A stretch of 16,875 nucleotides of DNA. It comes from Candidatus Sericytochromatia bacterium. Lineage in GTDB: Bacteria; Cyanobacteriota; Sericytochromatia; S15B-MN24; JAQBPE01. The notes beneath the pieces were generated by a model. It did no database searches and was not told where the DNA came from. It saw only the letters and a program-made list of their open reading frames with translations. The DNA lies in assembly GCA_035285125.1 (NCBI GenBank), contig JAYKHR010000114.1, positions 1 to 16,875 of the forward strand, written 5' to 3'. The translations under genes and the position numbers were made by a program. Position 1 is the first letter of the stretch. Each line of letters starts with the position of its first letter. Below, one piece after another: positions 1 to 8,726 of the stretch.

Positions 1-1
1 C

Positions 2-85
2 GTGAGCGAGAAGCTCGACCTCGACGAGCGGCGGGGTCCCCTGTTGAAGCAGATCGAGGCAGAGGGGCGCATTCATGGTCGATGA
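2..85 (+). CDS. mntA: 3' end (partial) of minimal nucleotidyltransferase antitoxin, type VII TA MntA family
   Basis: Frame 2 reads VSEKLDLDERRGPLLKQIEAEGRIHGR* (TGA 83-85), resembling MntA C-termini, and overlaps the hepT ATG at 75 by 11 nt. The catalytic N-terminal part is outside the window, so the call rests mainly on context. Confidence 0.75.
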   Translation: MSEKLDLDERRGPLLKQIEAEGRIHGR

Positions 86-509
86 CGTCGTCCTCAACAA
101 GGTGGCGACCATCGAGCGTTGCGTGGCGCGGGCACGGGCAGAGTACTTCTCGGCCCCCGCGACCTTCGGGCAGGACGTGACGCGTCAAGATGCCGCCATC
201 CTCAACATCCAGCGGGCCTGCGAGGCCTCCCTGGACCTCGGCCACCACGTGATCCGGCGGGATCGTCTCGGCGTGCCCCAAGGCGCCCGGGACGTCTTCG
301 AGCTACTCAGGCAGGCCGGGCGCCTCCCGGATGAGCTGGCCCTCGCGCTGAAGAAGATGGTGGGCTTCCGGAACGTGGCGGTGCACGACTACCAGGCGCT
401 GCACCTCCCCATCGTGGAGGCGGTGATCGCCCACCACCTCGGCGACTTCGAGCGGTTCACGGCTTGCATGTTGAGGTCCCGGGGGAAAGAGCCGGGGCCA
501 GGCCCCTGA
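75..509 (+). CDS. hepT: HEPN/DUF86 ribonuclease toxin, type VII TA HepT family (144 aa)
   Basis: GFRNVAVHDY matches the RX4HXY HEPN motif. The N-terminus MVDDVVLNKVATIERC and QDAAILNIQRACEA are typical of DUF86. Overlaps the upstream MNT-like ORF. Confidence 0.93.
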   Translation: MVDDVVLNKVATIERCVARARAEYFSAPATFGQDVTRQDAAILNIQRACEASLDLGHHVIRRDRLGVPQGARDVFELLRQAGRLPDELALALKKMVGFRNVAVHDYQALHLPIVEAVIAHHLGDFERFTACMLRSRGKEPGPGP

Positions 510-690
510 CGGCGCCCGTGCCCTGCGCTGAAGCGACGATGTTCTTGAGAGAGCCTATATGTTTTCTTAACTCAACCTTGGCTGTTTTCGGGGCCGTTTG
601 GAACCTTGCTGCAACGCGTCGGGCGACAACCTTCCGTGTGGAGGTCCTTCGATGCCTCCTCAGAGATGAGCCGTCTCGAAAGGAGCGACC

Positions 691-1245
691 GTGCCAAGCC
701 TCAACCCGACGACCTCTCCCGCCAGGCCCCTCACGGCGGGGTGGACCCCCGTGGCCGTCCCCCACGACCGCGAGCTCACGATTCTGGACGCCACCCGCCG
801 CAACGGCCGTGACGACGTCTTTGTGCGCTCGGACGGTGGGCCACTGTGGGTGCTCCACGGCCGCAGGCCTGCCGCTGATGGCGTCAAAGCCGGCGACGTC
901 GTCTCCTTCGCCCCGCCCAAGCTCGAGCGCCAGCCCGCCGGCCCCATCGTGGGGCGCGTCGAGGTGGTCGAGAGCGAGAAGAACACCTTCCAGGACGGCT
1001 TCAAGCCGGCGCTCAAGCGGGCGCTGACGGCTTCGGCTGTGGTCGGCGTCGCCCTGGTGCCGCTGACCGTGCTGGGAGGGGCCATGACCGGCATGACGCT
1101 GGTGCAGAGCCTGGCCCGTCTCCCCTTCGTGCTCGGGGTGGTCGGCCTGCCCGCCACGGCTGTCTTCGTGGGGGTGGCTGCCCTGGTGGGCGCGGGATAT
1201 GCCGCTCGCGCCGACCGGACGGACGCCTACGACAAGGCGCGCTGA
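691..1245 (+). CDS. Hypothetical membrane protein (184 aa) with C-terminal Gly/Ala-rich hydrophobic segments
   Basis: GTG at 691 preceded by AAGGAG (680-685); G/C-rich third codon positions; C-terminal hydrophobic stretches AVVGVALVPLTVLGGAMTGM and LPFVLGVVGLPATAVFVGVAALVGAGY. Confidence 0.7.
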   Translation: MPSLNPTTSPARPLTAGWTPVAVPHDRELTILDATRRNGRDDVFVRSDGGPLWVLHGRRPAADGVKAGDVVSFAPPKLERQPAGPIVGRVEVVESEKNTFQDGFKPALKRALTASAVVGVALVPLTVLGGAMTGMTLVQSLARLPFVLGVVGLPATAVFVGVAALVGAGYAARADRTDAYDKAR

Positions 1246-1299
1246 CCCGGAGCAGCGGGGCGGCCATCCCGGCGCAGGCCGCCCCACCCGCCTCCGAGG

Positions 1300-1308
1300 T
1301 GGTACCAT
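1300..1308 (+). promoter_or_regulatory. Extended -10 element (TG-g-TACCAT) 6 nt before the ABC-F ATG; probable leaderless transcript
   Basis: TGGTACCAT 1300-1308, then gcggcc, then ATG 1315; no Shine-Dalgarno at normal spacing. Confidence 0.5.
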
Positions 1309-1314
1309 GCGGCC

Positions 1315-3243
1315 ATGGACCACCGTACCGAGCCCGTCTTCACCGTCACGCGGATCCGCCACCGCCATGCCGCCCGCGAGGTGCTGCAGGACGTGACGCT
1401 GACGGTCCACCTGGGCGACAGGCTGGGCCTCATCGGCGCCAACGGCGCGGGCAAGACCACCATGCTGCGCATCATGGCGGGAGACCTCGCGCCCGACGCC
1501 GGGGAGGTCGTGGCCCGGCGGGGCGTGAAGGTGGGCTACCTGCCCCAGGATGCGGCGCTGCCAGCCGACGCCACGGTGCGCGACGCCGTGCTGCAGGGGC
1601 TGGCCGAGACGCGCGCTGAGATCGCCCGCTACGAGGCGCTGTCCCAGGCCCTCGCGGCCGGGGCGGAGCCGGACGCCGAGGCCCTTGCCGAGCTGGACGT
1701 CCTCGGCGAGCACCTGACGCGCATCGACGCCTGGGGGGCGGAACGCACGGCCGATGCCATCATGGCCCACCTCGCCCTGCCGCCGGCCGACCGGACCTGC
1801 GGCACGCTCTCCGGGGGCGAGGCCCGCCGCGTGGCGCTCGCCCGGTCGCTGGTGGCGCACCCGGACTTCCTCATCCTCGATGAGCCCACCAACCACCTCG
1901 ACGCCGCCACCATCGGGTGGCTGGAAAGCTTCCTGGCTGGCTACAAGGGCAGCCTCGTGCTCGTCACGCACGATCGCTACTTCCTCGACCGCGTGGCGAC
2001 CCGGATGATCGAGCTGGAGCGAGGCGCGCTCACGGCCTACCAGGGCAACTACTCCGACTACCTGGAGGCCAAGGCGGCCCGGGCGGAGGCTGACGCCCAC
2101 ACGGAGCGGGCACGCCAGAACTTGCTGAAGCGGGAGCTGGCCTGGGTGCGCAAGCAGCCGCAGGCGCGCCAGGCCAAGAGCCAGGCCCGCGTGGACGCCT
2201 ACCACAGCCTGGCGGCAGAGGCCCCGCCGCCGGCGGCCGATGAGATCAAGCTGCTGATCCCCACGGGAGAGGTGCGCCTCGGGCGCCACGTGGCCGAGCT
2301 CGAGGAGGTGGGCAAGCGCCTGGGCGATCGCTGGCTGTTCCGCGGCCTGACGCTGGGCCTGCGCGGGGGCGAGCGCATCGGCGTCGTGGGCGCGAACGGC
2401 CTCGGCAAGACCACGCTGATGCGCGTGCTGCAGGGGCTGGAGCCGCCGGACGAGGGCAAGGTGGACATCGGCCCGAACACGCGCTGGGTGTATGCCGATC
2501 AGGGCCGCGACCGGCTCGACCGCGCCAAGACCCTGCTCGCCGAGGTGACGGACGGCGCGCACCACCTCGTGGTGGGCGACAGGACCATCACGGCGCGGGC
2601 CTACCTGCGCCGCTTCCTGTTCGACGACGACCGCCACGAGCAGGTGCTCGAGACCTTCTCCGGCGGCGAGCAGAACCGTGCCCAGCTCGCCAAGCTGCTC
2701 GCGAAGGGGGGCAACGTGCTGATCCTCGACGAGCCCACCAACGATCTGGACCTGCCCACCCTGCGGGCGCTGGAGGAGGCCCTGCTGGACTTCCCCGGCT
2801 GCGCCATCGTCGTCAGCCATGACCGTTACTTCCTCAACCGGGTCGCGACCAGCATCCTGGCCTTCGAGGGGGACGGCCGGGTGGTGCGCTCGGAGGGGGA
2901 CTACGACACCTACCTCGCCCGCGCGGCTGCCCGCAGCGAGGCGGCCGCCGCGCCCGTCCCCAAGCAGGACGCCGCCCCGGCTCGCCCGGCGCCCCGCCCG
3001 GAGGCGGCGCGCAAGCTGAGCTTCAAGGAGGCCCGGGAGCTCGAAGGCCTGCCGGGGGACATCGAGGTCGCGGAGGCTGCGCTGGCGGCCCTGGAGCAGA
3101 CGCTGGCCGATCCGGACCTCTACGCGCACCGTGGCGAGGAGGTGCCGGCCCTGATCGCCGATGCGGAGGCCCGCCGCGAGGCCGTGGCCCGGCTTTATGC
3201 GCGCTGGGAGGAGCTCGAGGGCCTCCAGGCGGGGGCTCGGTGA
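1315..3243 (+). CDS. uup: ABC-F family ATPase, Uup-like (642 aa)
   Basis: Two ABC domains: Walker [10 protein letters not shown] and GANGLGKTT, signatures LSGGE and FSGGE, Walker [11 protein letters not shown] and [11 protein letters not shown]-loops VTHDRYF and VSHDRYF. No TM segments. Linker [19 protein letters not shown] and C-terminal [10 protein letters not shown]...[10 protein letters not shown] coiled coil are Uup-like. Confidence 0.9.
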   Translation: MDHRTEPVFTVTRIRHRHAAREVLQDVTLTVHLGDRLGLIGANGAGKTTMLRIMAGDLAPDAGEVVARRGVKVGYLPQDAALPADATVRDAVLQGLAETRAEIARYEALSQALAAGAEPDAEALAELDVLGEHLTRIDAWGAERTADAIMAHLALPPADRTCGTLSGGEARRVALARSLVAHPDFLILDEPTNHLDAATIGWLESFLAGYKGSLVLVTHDRYFLDRVATRMIELERGALTAYQGNYSDYLEAKAARAEADAHTERARQNLLKRELAWVRKQPQARQAKSQARVDAYHSLAAEAPPPAADEIKLLIPTGEVRLGRHVAELEEVGKRLGDRWLFRGLTLGLRGGERIGVVGANGLGKTTLMRVLQGLEPPDEGKVDIGPNTRWVYADQGRDRLDRAKTLLAEVTDGAHHLVVGDRTITARAYLRRFLFDDDRHEQVLETFSGGEQNRAQLAKLLAKGGNVLILDEPTNDLDLPTLRALEEALLDFPGCAIVVSHDRYFLNRVATSILAFEGDGRVVRSEGDYDTYLARAAARSEAAAAPVPKQDAAPARPAPRPEAARKLSFKEARELEGLPGDIEVAEAALAALEQTLADPDLYAHRGEEVPALIADAEARREAVARLYARWEELEGLQAGAR

Positions 3244-4112
3244 CGGTCCGGCTCCTCGTCGCCTGGGCCTGCCTGCTGCTCGCCACCGGCGCGCCGGCGC
3301 GGGCCCTCCCGGCCGCCAGCGTGCTCTCGCCCTTCGTCTGGCGCGTGACGGCGCCGGGGGCAGCCGAGGCCGACCACCTGGTGGGCACCATCCACGTGGG
3401 CCTCGGCCCGCGCGAGGTCCTGCCGCCTGACCTGTGCCGCGTGCTGCAGCGGGCGGAGGGCTTCACGATGGAGGTGGACCTCGAGGCCGTCACGTCGGAG
3501 CTCGTGGCCCGGTGGACCCGGGGCGACAGGCCCGAGGCCCTGAAACGGTCCCTTGGCGAGGCGGACTGGGGGACCCTCCTGCGCCGGTGCGAGGCGAGGG
3601 GCGTCACCCCGGAGCAGCTCCCCGGGCTCAAGGCCTGGTACGTCTCCTTGCTGCTCATCCCCGCGTCGCAGGACCCCGAGACGCTGATGGACGCGCAGCT
3701 GCGTCGGGAGGCGGGGGCTGCGGGCGTGCCGCCGACCTTCCTTGAGACCCCCGAAGACCAGTTCCGCGCCCTGGACGCGGTGGCTGACGACGAGGACCTG
3801 CGGCAGCTGCGCGAGGCGCTGGCGGACCCCGACCGCCTCGGGCGTGAGCTCGCGCAGCTCGAGGGCGCCTACCGCGCCAGCGACCTGGCGGCGATCGAGC
3901 GCTACCTGCTGGACCCCGAGCGGCTCGCGGCCTACCCGGACTTCTACGAGCAGGTCTTCTGGGCGCGCAACCGCCGCTGGCTGCCGCACGTCGAGCGCCA
4001 GGCGCGGGCCCGGCGGGTCGTGGTGGCGGTCGGGCTTGGCCACATGCTGGGGCCGAAGGGCCTGCTGGCCGCCCTCACCGCCCGCGGCTGGCGCGTGGCG
4101 CGCGGGCTGTGA
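3240..4112 (+). CDS. TraB/GumN family protein with signal peptide (290 aa)
   Basis: Motifs HLVGTIH, LETPEDQF, RNRRW and VVAVGLGHM; hydrophobic N-terminus ending ARA; GTGA start/stop overlap with the upstream gene. Confidence 0.85.
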   Translation: MTVRLLVAWACLLLATGAPARALPAASVLSPFVWRVTAPGAAEADHLVGTIHVGLGPREVLPPDLCRVLQRAEGFTMEVDLEAVTSELVARWTRGDRPEALKRSLGEADWGTLLRRCEARGVTPEQLPGLKAWYVSLLLIPASQDPETLMDAQLRREAGAAGVPPTFLETPEDQFRALDAVADDEDLRQLREALADPDRLGRELAQLEGAYRASDLAAIERYLLDPERLAAYPDFYEQVFWARNRRWLPHVERQARARRVVVAVGLGHMLGPKGLLAALTARGWRVARGL

Positions 4113-4133
4113 CGGGAAGGACCCCATCCGCAG

Positions 4134-4139
4134 TATAAT
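4134..4139 (+). promoter_or_regulatory. Consensus -10 box TATAAT 7 nt upstream of the M61 ATG; probable leaderless transcript
   Basis: cagTATAATcgtgggcATG(4147), in the 34-nt gap after the TraB/GumN stop; no RBS; no good -35. Confidence 0.6.
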
Positions 4140-4146
4140 CGTGGGC

Positions 4147-5862
4147 ATGCCGACGCTCGCCTACGCCTTCGACCTCAGCCGCCCCCACACCCACCTCGTG
4201 GGCGTGAGCCTCGTGCTGCCTGCCCACGGGGCGCTGCACACCGACCTGGTGCTGCCGGCCTGGCTGCCCGGGGCTTACAAGATCTTCGACAACGCCCGCA
4301 ACATCCGGCGCTTCGAGGCCCACACGCCCGAGGGCGAGGCCGTGCGCGTGGAACGCCTCGACTGGCAGACCTGGCGCGTCTACGACGGCGGCGACGGGGG
4401 TGTGGTCGTCACCTACGACGTCTACTGCAACAAGCCCGAGATCCACCAGGGGCAGCTCGACGCGGAGCACGGCTTCCTGAACCCCGGCGTGCTCGCCGTC
4501 TTCCCCAAGGGGCACCAGGAAGACTGGCCCTGCACGCTGGCACTCGTGCTTCCCGAGGGCTGGCGCGTGGCGACGGGGCTCAAGGCCGTGGATTCGACGA
4601 ACTTCAAGGCGCAGCACTACGAGCAGCTCATCGACTGTCCCCTGCAGTGCGGCGACTTCGCGCACGCCCACTTCACGCAGGACGGGGTGCGCTACGAGGT
4701 GGTCTACGAGGGCGCAACGCCCTGGGATCCCGCGATGCTGATCCCCCCGCTGCGGCGCATCGTCACGGCGGCCTCCGACCTGTGGGGCCGCCCGCCGCTC
4801 GACCGCTACGTGTTCATGTACCTGGAGACCGAAGCCGATTTCCTCAACGGGCTCGAGCACGCCAACTCGACGATCATCACCGGGCCCGTCACCGATCCGC
4901 AGCGCCTCGACGGGCTGCTGACCATCACCACGCACGAGTTCTTCCACCTCTGGAACGTCAAGCGGCTCCGCCCGGTGGGCTTCGGGCCCTTCGACTACAC
5001 CCGCGAGGCCCACACCACTGCGCTGTGGGTGGCCGAGGGCTTCACGGAGTACTACACGGACGTGCTGATGCGCTGGGCGGGCCTGCACGGCCCGGACCAG
5101 TTCCTCGGCAGCGTGGCGGGCTACATCGAGCAGCTGCATGCGATGCCCGGGCGCTGGAACATGAGCCTGGAAGAGGCCTCGTGGACGACGTGGCACTTCG
5201 GGGACGACCGCTGGAACGGCGCCCTGAACTACTACGTCAAGGGCTACCTGCTCGGCGTGGCACTGGACCTCACGCTCCGAGACCGCTCCGAAGGGGCGGT
5301 GTCGCTCGACGACGTGATGCGCGGGATGTGGCAGGAGTATGGCGCCCCTGGCATCAACTACCGGCCCGAGGACGTCTGTCGGATGGCCGAGCGCCTGCTC
5401 GGCGAGTCGCTCGAGGACTTCTGGGCCCACCACCTCCGCGGCCGTGAGGACTGGGACTGGGAGGCCCTTCTGCAGCCCGCGGGCCTCATGCTGCTGGAGC
5501 GCAACCCCCGGCCCGCGCTGCAGGCCGAGTGCCGCAAGGCCGAGGGCGGCGTGCGGCTGGAGAACGTCCTGGCCGGTGGCGCGGCCCAGCAGGCGGGGCT
5601 GCAGAAGGGCGACGTGCTGGTGGCCATTGGCGGCCTGCGTGCCACCACCCAGCTGCTGCACACGCTGGGTGAGCAGGTGGAGCCGGGCGACACCGTCGAG
5701 GTCCACTACTTCCGCCGCGACATGCTGCGCACGACGCTGGTGACCATGGCGAGGCAGGTGTCGCACGCGCTCGTCCCGAGCCCGGGCGCCACGGCCAGCC
5801 AGAACGCCCTGCGCGCGGCCTGGCTGGCGGGGATGCCGGCCCAGTCGGGTGTCCACGCCTGA
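4147..5862 (+). CDS. M61 family glycyl aminopeptidase with C-terminal PDZ domain (571 aa; start revised to ATG 4147)
   Basis: PAWLPGAY N-terminal motif, GLEH, zinc motif HEFFHLWNVKRLRP, LWVAEGFTEYY, NYYVKG, PDZ-like AQQAGLQKGDVLVAIGG. No signal peptide. The ORF-track start at 3742 lies inside the TraB/GumN gene. Confidence 0.92.
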   Translation: MPTLAYAFDLSRPHTHLVGVSLVLPAHGALHTDLVLPAWLPGAYKIFDNARNIRRFEAHTPEGEAVRVERLDWQTWRVYDGGDGGVVVTYDVYCNKPEIHQGQLDAEHGFLNPGVLAVFPKGHQEDWPCTLALVLPEGWRVATGLKAVDSTNFKAQHYEQLIDCPLQCGDFAHAHFTQDGVRYEVVYEGATPWDPAMLIPPLRRIVTAASDLWGRPPLDRYVFMYLETEADFLNGLEHANSTIITGPVTDPQRLDGLLTITTHEFFHLWNVKRLRPVGFGPFDYTREAHTTALWVAEGFTEYYTDVLMRWAGLHGPDQFLGSVAGYIEQLHAMPGRWNMSLEEASWTTWHFGDDRWNGALNYYVKGYLLGVALDLTLRDRSEGAVSLDDVMRGMWQEYGAPGINYRPEDVCRMAERLLGESLEDFWAHHLRGREDWDWEALLQPAGLMLLERNPRPALQAECRKAEGGVRLENVLAGGAAQQAGLQKGDVLVAIGGLRATTQLLHTLGEQVEPGDTVEVHYFRRDMLRTTLVTMARQVSHALVPSPGATASQNALRAAWLAGMPAQSGVHA

Positions 5863-5887
5863 CGCGTCCCGCGCCTGGGAGCGGCGC

Positions 5888-6679
5888 ATGACGCCCAGGC
5901 TGGAGGCCCTGCTGGCGTTGCTCGAGCCCTGCGACCACCTGGTGGACGTGGGCACGGACCACGCGCTGGTGCCGCTGGCGGCGGTGCGGCGCGGGTTGGC
6001 CGTCCGCGCCACGGGCGTGGACTGTCGCCCGGCGCCGCTGGCGGCCGCTCGGCGCACCTTGATGGAGGCCGGCGAGGATCGCGTGGCGCTCGTGCTCGGC
6101 GACGGCCTGGCGGGTGTGCCAGACTCCGAGGCCGTCGTGATGGCGGGGCTCGGGACGGCCACCATGATCCACGTGCTGGCTGCGGCAGGTGCGCCCGACC
6201 CCCACGCGGGCGGGCGGGACGCCCAGCCGGGGCCGGCCCGTCCGCCCCTGTCCGTCCTGGCAGCCGCGCCGGGGCCCACCCGGCTGCCCGAGCTCGTCCT
6301 GGCGGCCGGGCCGAAGCCTATCCGTCCGCGCCAGCTCGTGCTCGCCCCCCTGACGGAGCCGGCCCGCCTGCGCCGCTGGGCGCGCCAGGCGGGCTGGCAC
6401 CTGCACCGCGAGGTGCTCGTGGCGGAAGGCGGGCGGTGGTTCCTGGCGATGCGCCTGACGCCGGGCGAGGGGCCCGACCCGGCCTACGACATGCCGGGCT
6501 GGGAGCTTGAGGCGCTCGAGGCGGTGGGGCCGGGACTGCTTCGGACGGGGGGGGATGCCGTGAGAGCCTGGCTGGCTGCGGAGCATGCGCGCCTGGCCGC
6601 CGTGTCGCGCGTGCCGGGGGATCCCGCAGGTCGGCTGGCGGCGGTGATGGGGCGTGCCGCAGCAGCCCTGGAGGCGTGA
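5888..6679 (+). CDS. trmK: tRNA (adenine(22)-N1)-methyltransferase TrmK-like (263 aa; start ATG 5888) with internal repeat insertion
   Basis: MTPRLEAL...DVGTDHALVP (cf. DIGSDHAYLP), LGDGL, VMAGLG (cf. IAGMGG), LVLAP (cf. LILQP), LRRWA, EVLVAEGGRWF. Confidence 0.85.
   Translation: MTPRLEALLALLEPCDHLVDVGTDHALVPLAAVRRGLAVRATGVDCRPAPLAAARRTLMEAGEDRVALVLGDGLAGVPDSEAVVMAGLGTATMIHVLAAAGAPDPHAGGRDAQPGPARPPLSVLAAAPGPTRLPELVLAAGPKPIRPRQLVLAPLTEPARLRRWARQAGWHLHREVLVAEGGRWFLAMRLTPGEGPDPAYDMPGWELEALEAVGPGLLRTGGDAVRAWLAAEHARLAAVSRVPGDPAGRLAAVMGRAAAALEA
6227..6352 (+). repeat. Three degenerate in-frame 42-bp tandem repeats within trmK
   Basis: Units 6227-6268 PGPARPPLSVLAAA, 6269-6310 PGPTRLPELVLAAG, 6311-6352 PKPIRPRQLVLAPL. 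Confidence 0.75.
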
Positions 6680-6708
6680 GGGCGGCAGGCCTGGGGTATA
6701 GCGACACC

Positions 6709-8568
6709 ATGCTTGGAGCCTTCACGCGCAGAGGCCGAAGCGGGCTGGTGGCGGTGGCGCTATCCATCGCATTGACGGCCTGCGAGCCAGCGGCCCCGCC
6801 CCCTTTTGTCGCCAGCATGGCGCTCGACGAGCCCCCTAACTTCGCCCCCGATGCTGCGGGGGCCGAGACGCTCGGCGGCAAGCTGCATTACAACCTCGCC
6901 GTGGTCCCCAAGGTGGGCAAGATTTTCATCCACCGTCGCCTTCCAGGGGCGCCGGAGGGCTCGGGCATCGTGGAGGTCGTCGACTCGGCAGACCGCCTGG
7001 CCGACATCCGGCGGCTGGTCGGCGACGACCCGAACGCCCTCGTGGAGCCGGACATCCCCCTCGAGACCCTGCTCACCCCGAACGATCCGGACCTCGCCAG
7101 GCAGTGGGGGCTCACCCGCATTCAGGCGCCGCTGGCGTGGGACAAGGTGCAGGGGGGCCCCCTTGTGGCCGTCATCGACACGGGGATTGACGGGCGGCAC
7201 CCGGACCTGGCCGGTCAGGTCGTGCAGGGCCGCGACTTCGTCAACAACGACGACGACGCCACGGACGACCAGGGGCACGGCACCCACGTGGCGGGCACCG
7301 TGGCGGCGGTTGGGGACAACAAGCAGGGCGCTGCCGGGGTGGCGTACCGCTCCAAGGTGCTGGCCGTCAAGGTGCTGAGCGCCCGCGGGAGCGGCTCGTC
7401 GATCGCCGTGGCGGACGGCATCCGCTACGCCGTGAAGGCAGGGGCGCGGGTCATCAACATGAGCCTTGGGTCGCCGTTTCCTTCGCGGTTCATCGGCCAG
7501 GCCGTCGCCGAGGCGATCGCCGCAGGCGTCGTGGTGGTGGCCGCCGCAGGCAACCAGAACACCAAGGCCAGAGCCTACCCGGCTGCCTTCCCTGGCGTGA
7601 TCGCCGTCGGGGCCAGCACGCCCTCGGACAGCCGCGCCTCCTTCTCGAACCACGGCGACTGGGTCGGCATCGCCGCACCCGGCCTGGGCATCCACCAGAC
7701 CCACCTGCGCAACGGCTACGCCTCCCTCAGCGGGACGAGCATGGCGGCCCCCCACGTGGCAGGGGCAGCGGCCCTGGTGCTGGCGGCCCACCCGGCCTGG
7801 AAGGCCGATGCCGTGCGCGATGCCCTGCTGCGCACCGGCGATCCGGTGCGGGGCTTCGAGCTCAACCCGGCGCTGAGGCGGCTGAACGTCGCGCAGGCCC
7901 TGGCCTATGTGCCGTCGGCGGCCACACCGGTCCCGTCAGCTGCGCCGACGACCCGGGCCTCCGCGGCGCCCCTGCCTGATCCCGCGACGAAGGCCATCCC
8001 CGTGCCCAGCCCCACCGCGATCACGCCCCCAAGCTCACCTGGGCCCTCGGCCTCGACCGTCGTGCCGCCGGCGTCTCCAAGTCCGGTGCCTTCGACCTCC
8101 CAGCCGCTGGCGTCTCCGAGTTCGGTCCCTTCGACCTTCACGGCCCCAGCGTCTCCGCTCCCGTCGCCTTCGACTTTCACGCCGCCGGTGGCTCCGAGCC
8201 TGGCGCCCTCGACCTTCACGCCCCCTGCCAGCCCGTCCCCCCTTGCACCGTCACCCGTGGCGGACGCCTGCGGCGCCACGGTGAGCGTGAAGGCCACGGA
8301 GACGGCCCTCTTGCTCGCGTGGAGCACGCGGATCCCGGTGGCCGGGGGCGGCGTTCGTTACCGCCCGGCAGGGACGACGAGCTGGGTGCCAGCGCCAGCC
8401 GCCACCTACAGCCTCGTCCCCGGAACCCTGCTCGGCTACCAGCACACGGCGACCATCAGCAGCTTGCGGCCCAGGACCAGTTACGAGCTGTCGCTGTACT
8501 ACAAGTACGACTGGGGCGGACAGATGGGCTACTGCGAGTCTCAGATCTTCAAGGCCACGACCCGGTGA
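6709..8568 (+). CDS. Lipoprotein S8 subtilase #1, thermitase-like, with Pro/Ser/Thr stalk and C-terminal FN3-like domain (619 aa; start revised to ATG 6709)
   Basis: Lipobox LTAC after RRGR plus hydrophobic stretch; triad VAVIDTG, HGTHVAG, SGTSMAAPHV; oxyanion AAAGN; predicted mature start TPNDP; C-terminal LLLAWST...HTATISSLRPRTSYEL. Confidence 0.92.
   Translation: MLGAFTRRGRSGLVAVALSIALTACEPAAPPPFVASMALDEPPNFAPDAAGAETLGGKLHYNLAVVPKVGKIFIHRRLPGAPEGSGIVEVVDSADRLADIRRLVGDDPNALVEPDIPLETLLTPNDPDLARQWGLTRIQAPLAWDKVQGGPLVAVIDTGIDGRHPDLAGQVVQGRDFVNNDDDATDDQGHGTHVAGTVAAVGDNKQGAAGVAYRSKVLAVKVLSARGSGSSIAVADGIRYAVKAGARVINMSLGSPFPSRFIGQAVAEAIAAGVVVVAAAGNQNTKARAYPAAFPGVIAVGASTPSDSRASFSNHGDWVGIAAPGLGIHQTHLRNGYASLSGTSMAAPHVAGAAALVLAAHPAWKADAVRDALLRTGDPVRGFELNPALRRLNVAQALAYVPSAATPVPSAAPTTRASAAPLPDPATKAIPVPSPTAITPPSSPGPSASTVVPPASPSPVPSTSQPLASPSSVPSTFTAPASPLPSPSTFTPPVAPSLAPSTFTPPASPSPLAPSPVADACGATVSVKATETALLLAWSTRIPVAGGGVRYRPAGTTSWVPAPAATYSLVPGTLLGYQHTATISSLRPRTSYELSLYYKYDWGGQMGYCESQIFKATTR
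8047..8241 (+). repeat. Five degenerate 39-bp (13-aa) tandem repeats in the stalk of subtilase #1
   Basis: Units start at 8047, 8086, 8125, 8164, 8203: SASTVVPPASPSP, VPSTSQPLASPSS, VPSTFTAPASPLP, SPSTFTPPVAPSL, APSTFTPPASPSP. Confidence 0.85.
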
Positions 8569-8673
8569 GCAGGGCTGGCGGGCGCCCGCACGGGCCTGGA
8601 GGTCTCCCCCGCCGGGGCGACGTTGCCGCTGAGCAACGGGAATTGATAACTTGACAAAATTTCCCGAACCGAC

Positions 8674-8698
8674 GTTTCAAGCCGGCGACCCGGGGTAC
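8674..8698 (+). promoter_or_regulatory. Putative SigB/SigF-type promoter GTTTCA-N13-GGGTAC upstream of subtilase #2
   Basis: GTTTCA 8674-8679 and GGGTAC 8693-8698 closely resemble the Bacillus SigB consensus GTTTAA-N12-14-GGGTAT; RBS GGAGG 8714-8718 follows. Confidence 0.45.
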
Positions 8699-8726
8699 GA
8701 GACGGTGGGATGGGGAGGTGTTGTCC

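Noticed and set aside
599..613. TGGAACCTTGCTGCA as a sigma54 -24/-12 promoter
   Set aside because: GG-to-GC spacing is 9 nt rather than the required 10.
464..1027. Alternative + strand ORF overlapping hepT and the 691 gene
   Set aside because: No RBS, Arg/Ser/Pro-rich composition; the 691-1245 frame has the RBS and host-like codon bias.
457..3129. 890-aa minus-strand ORF, and similar long antisense ORFs (4075-6279, 3195-4148, 6760-7791, 8769-9770, 15517-16473)
   Set aside because: They mirror well-supported genes on the opposite strand and have no recognisable motifs; expected stop-poor shadows in high-GC DNA.
3742..4146. 135-aa N-terminal extension of the M61 peptidase in the ORF track
   Set aside because: Overlaps the TraB/GumN gene out of frame and is Arg/Ser-rich; M61 similarity starts at ATG 4147, with TATAAT just upstream.
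8651..8679. Perfect TTGACA as a sigma70 -35
   Set aside because: No TANNNT at 16-18 nt downstream; GTTTCA lies there instead.
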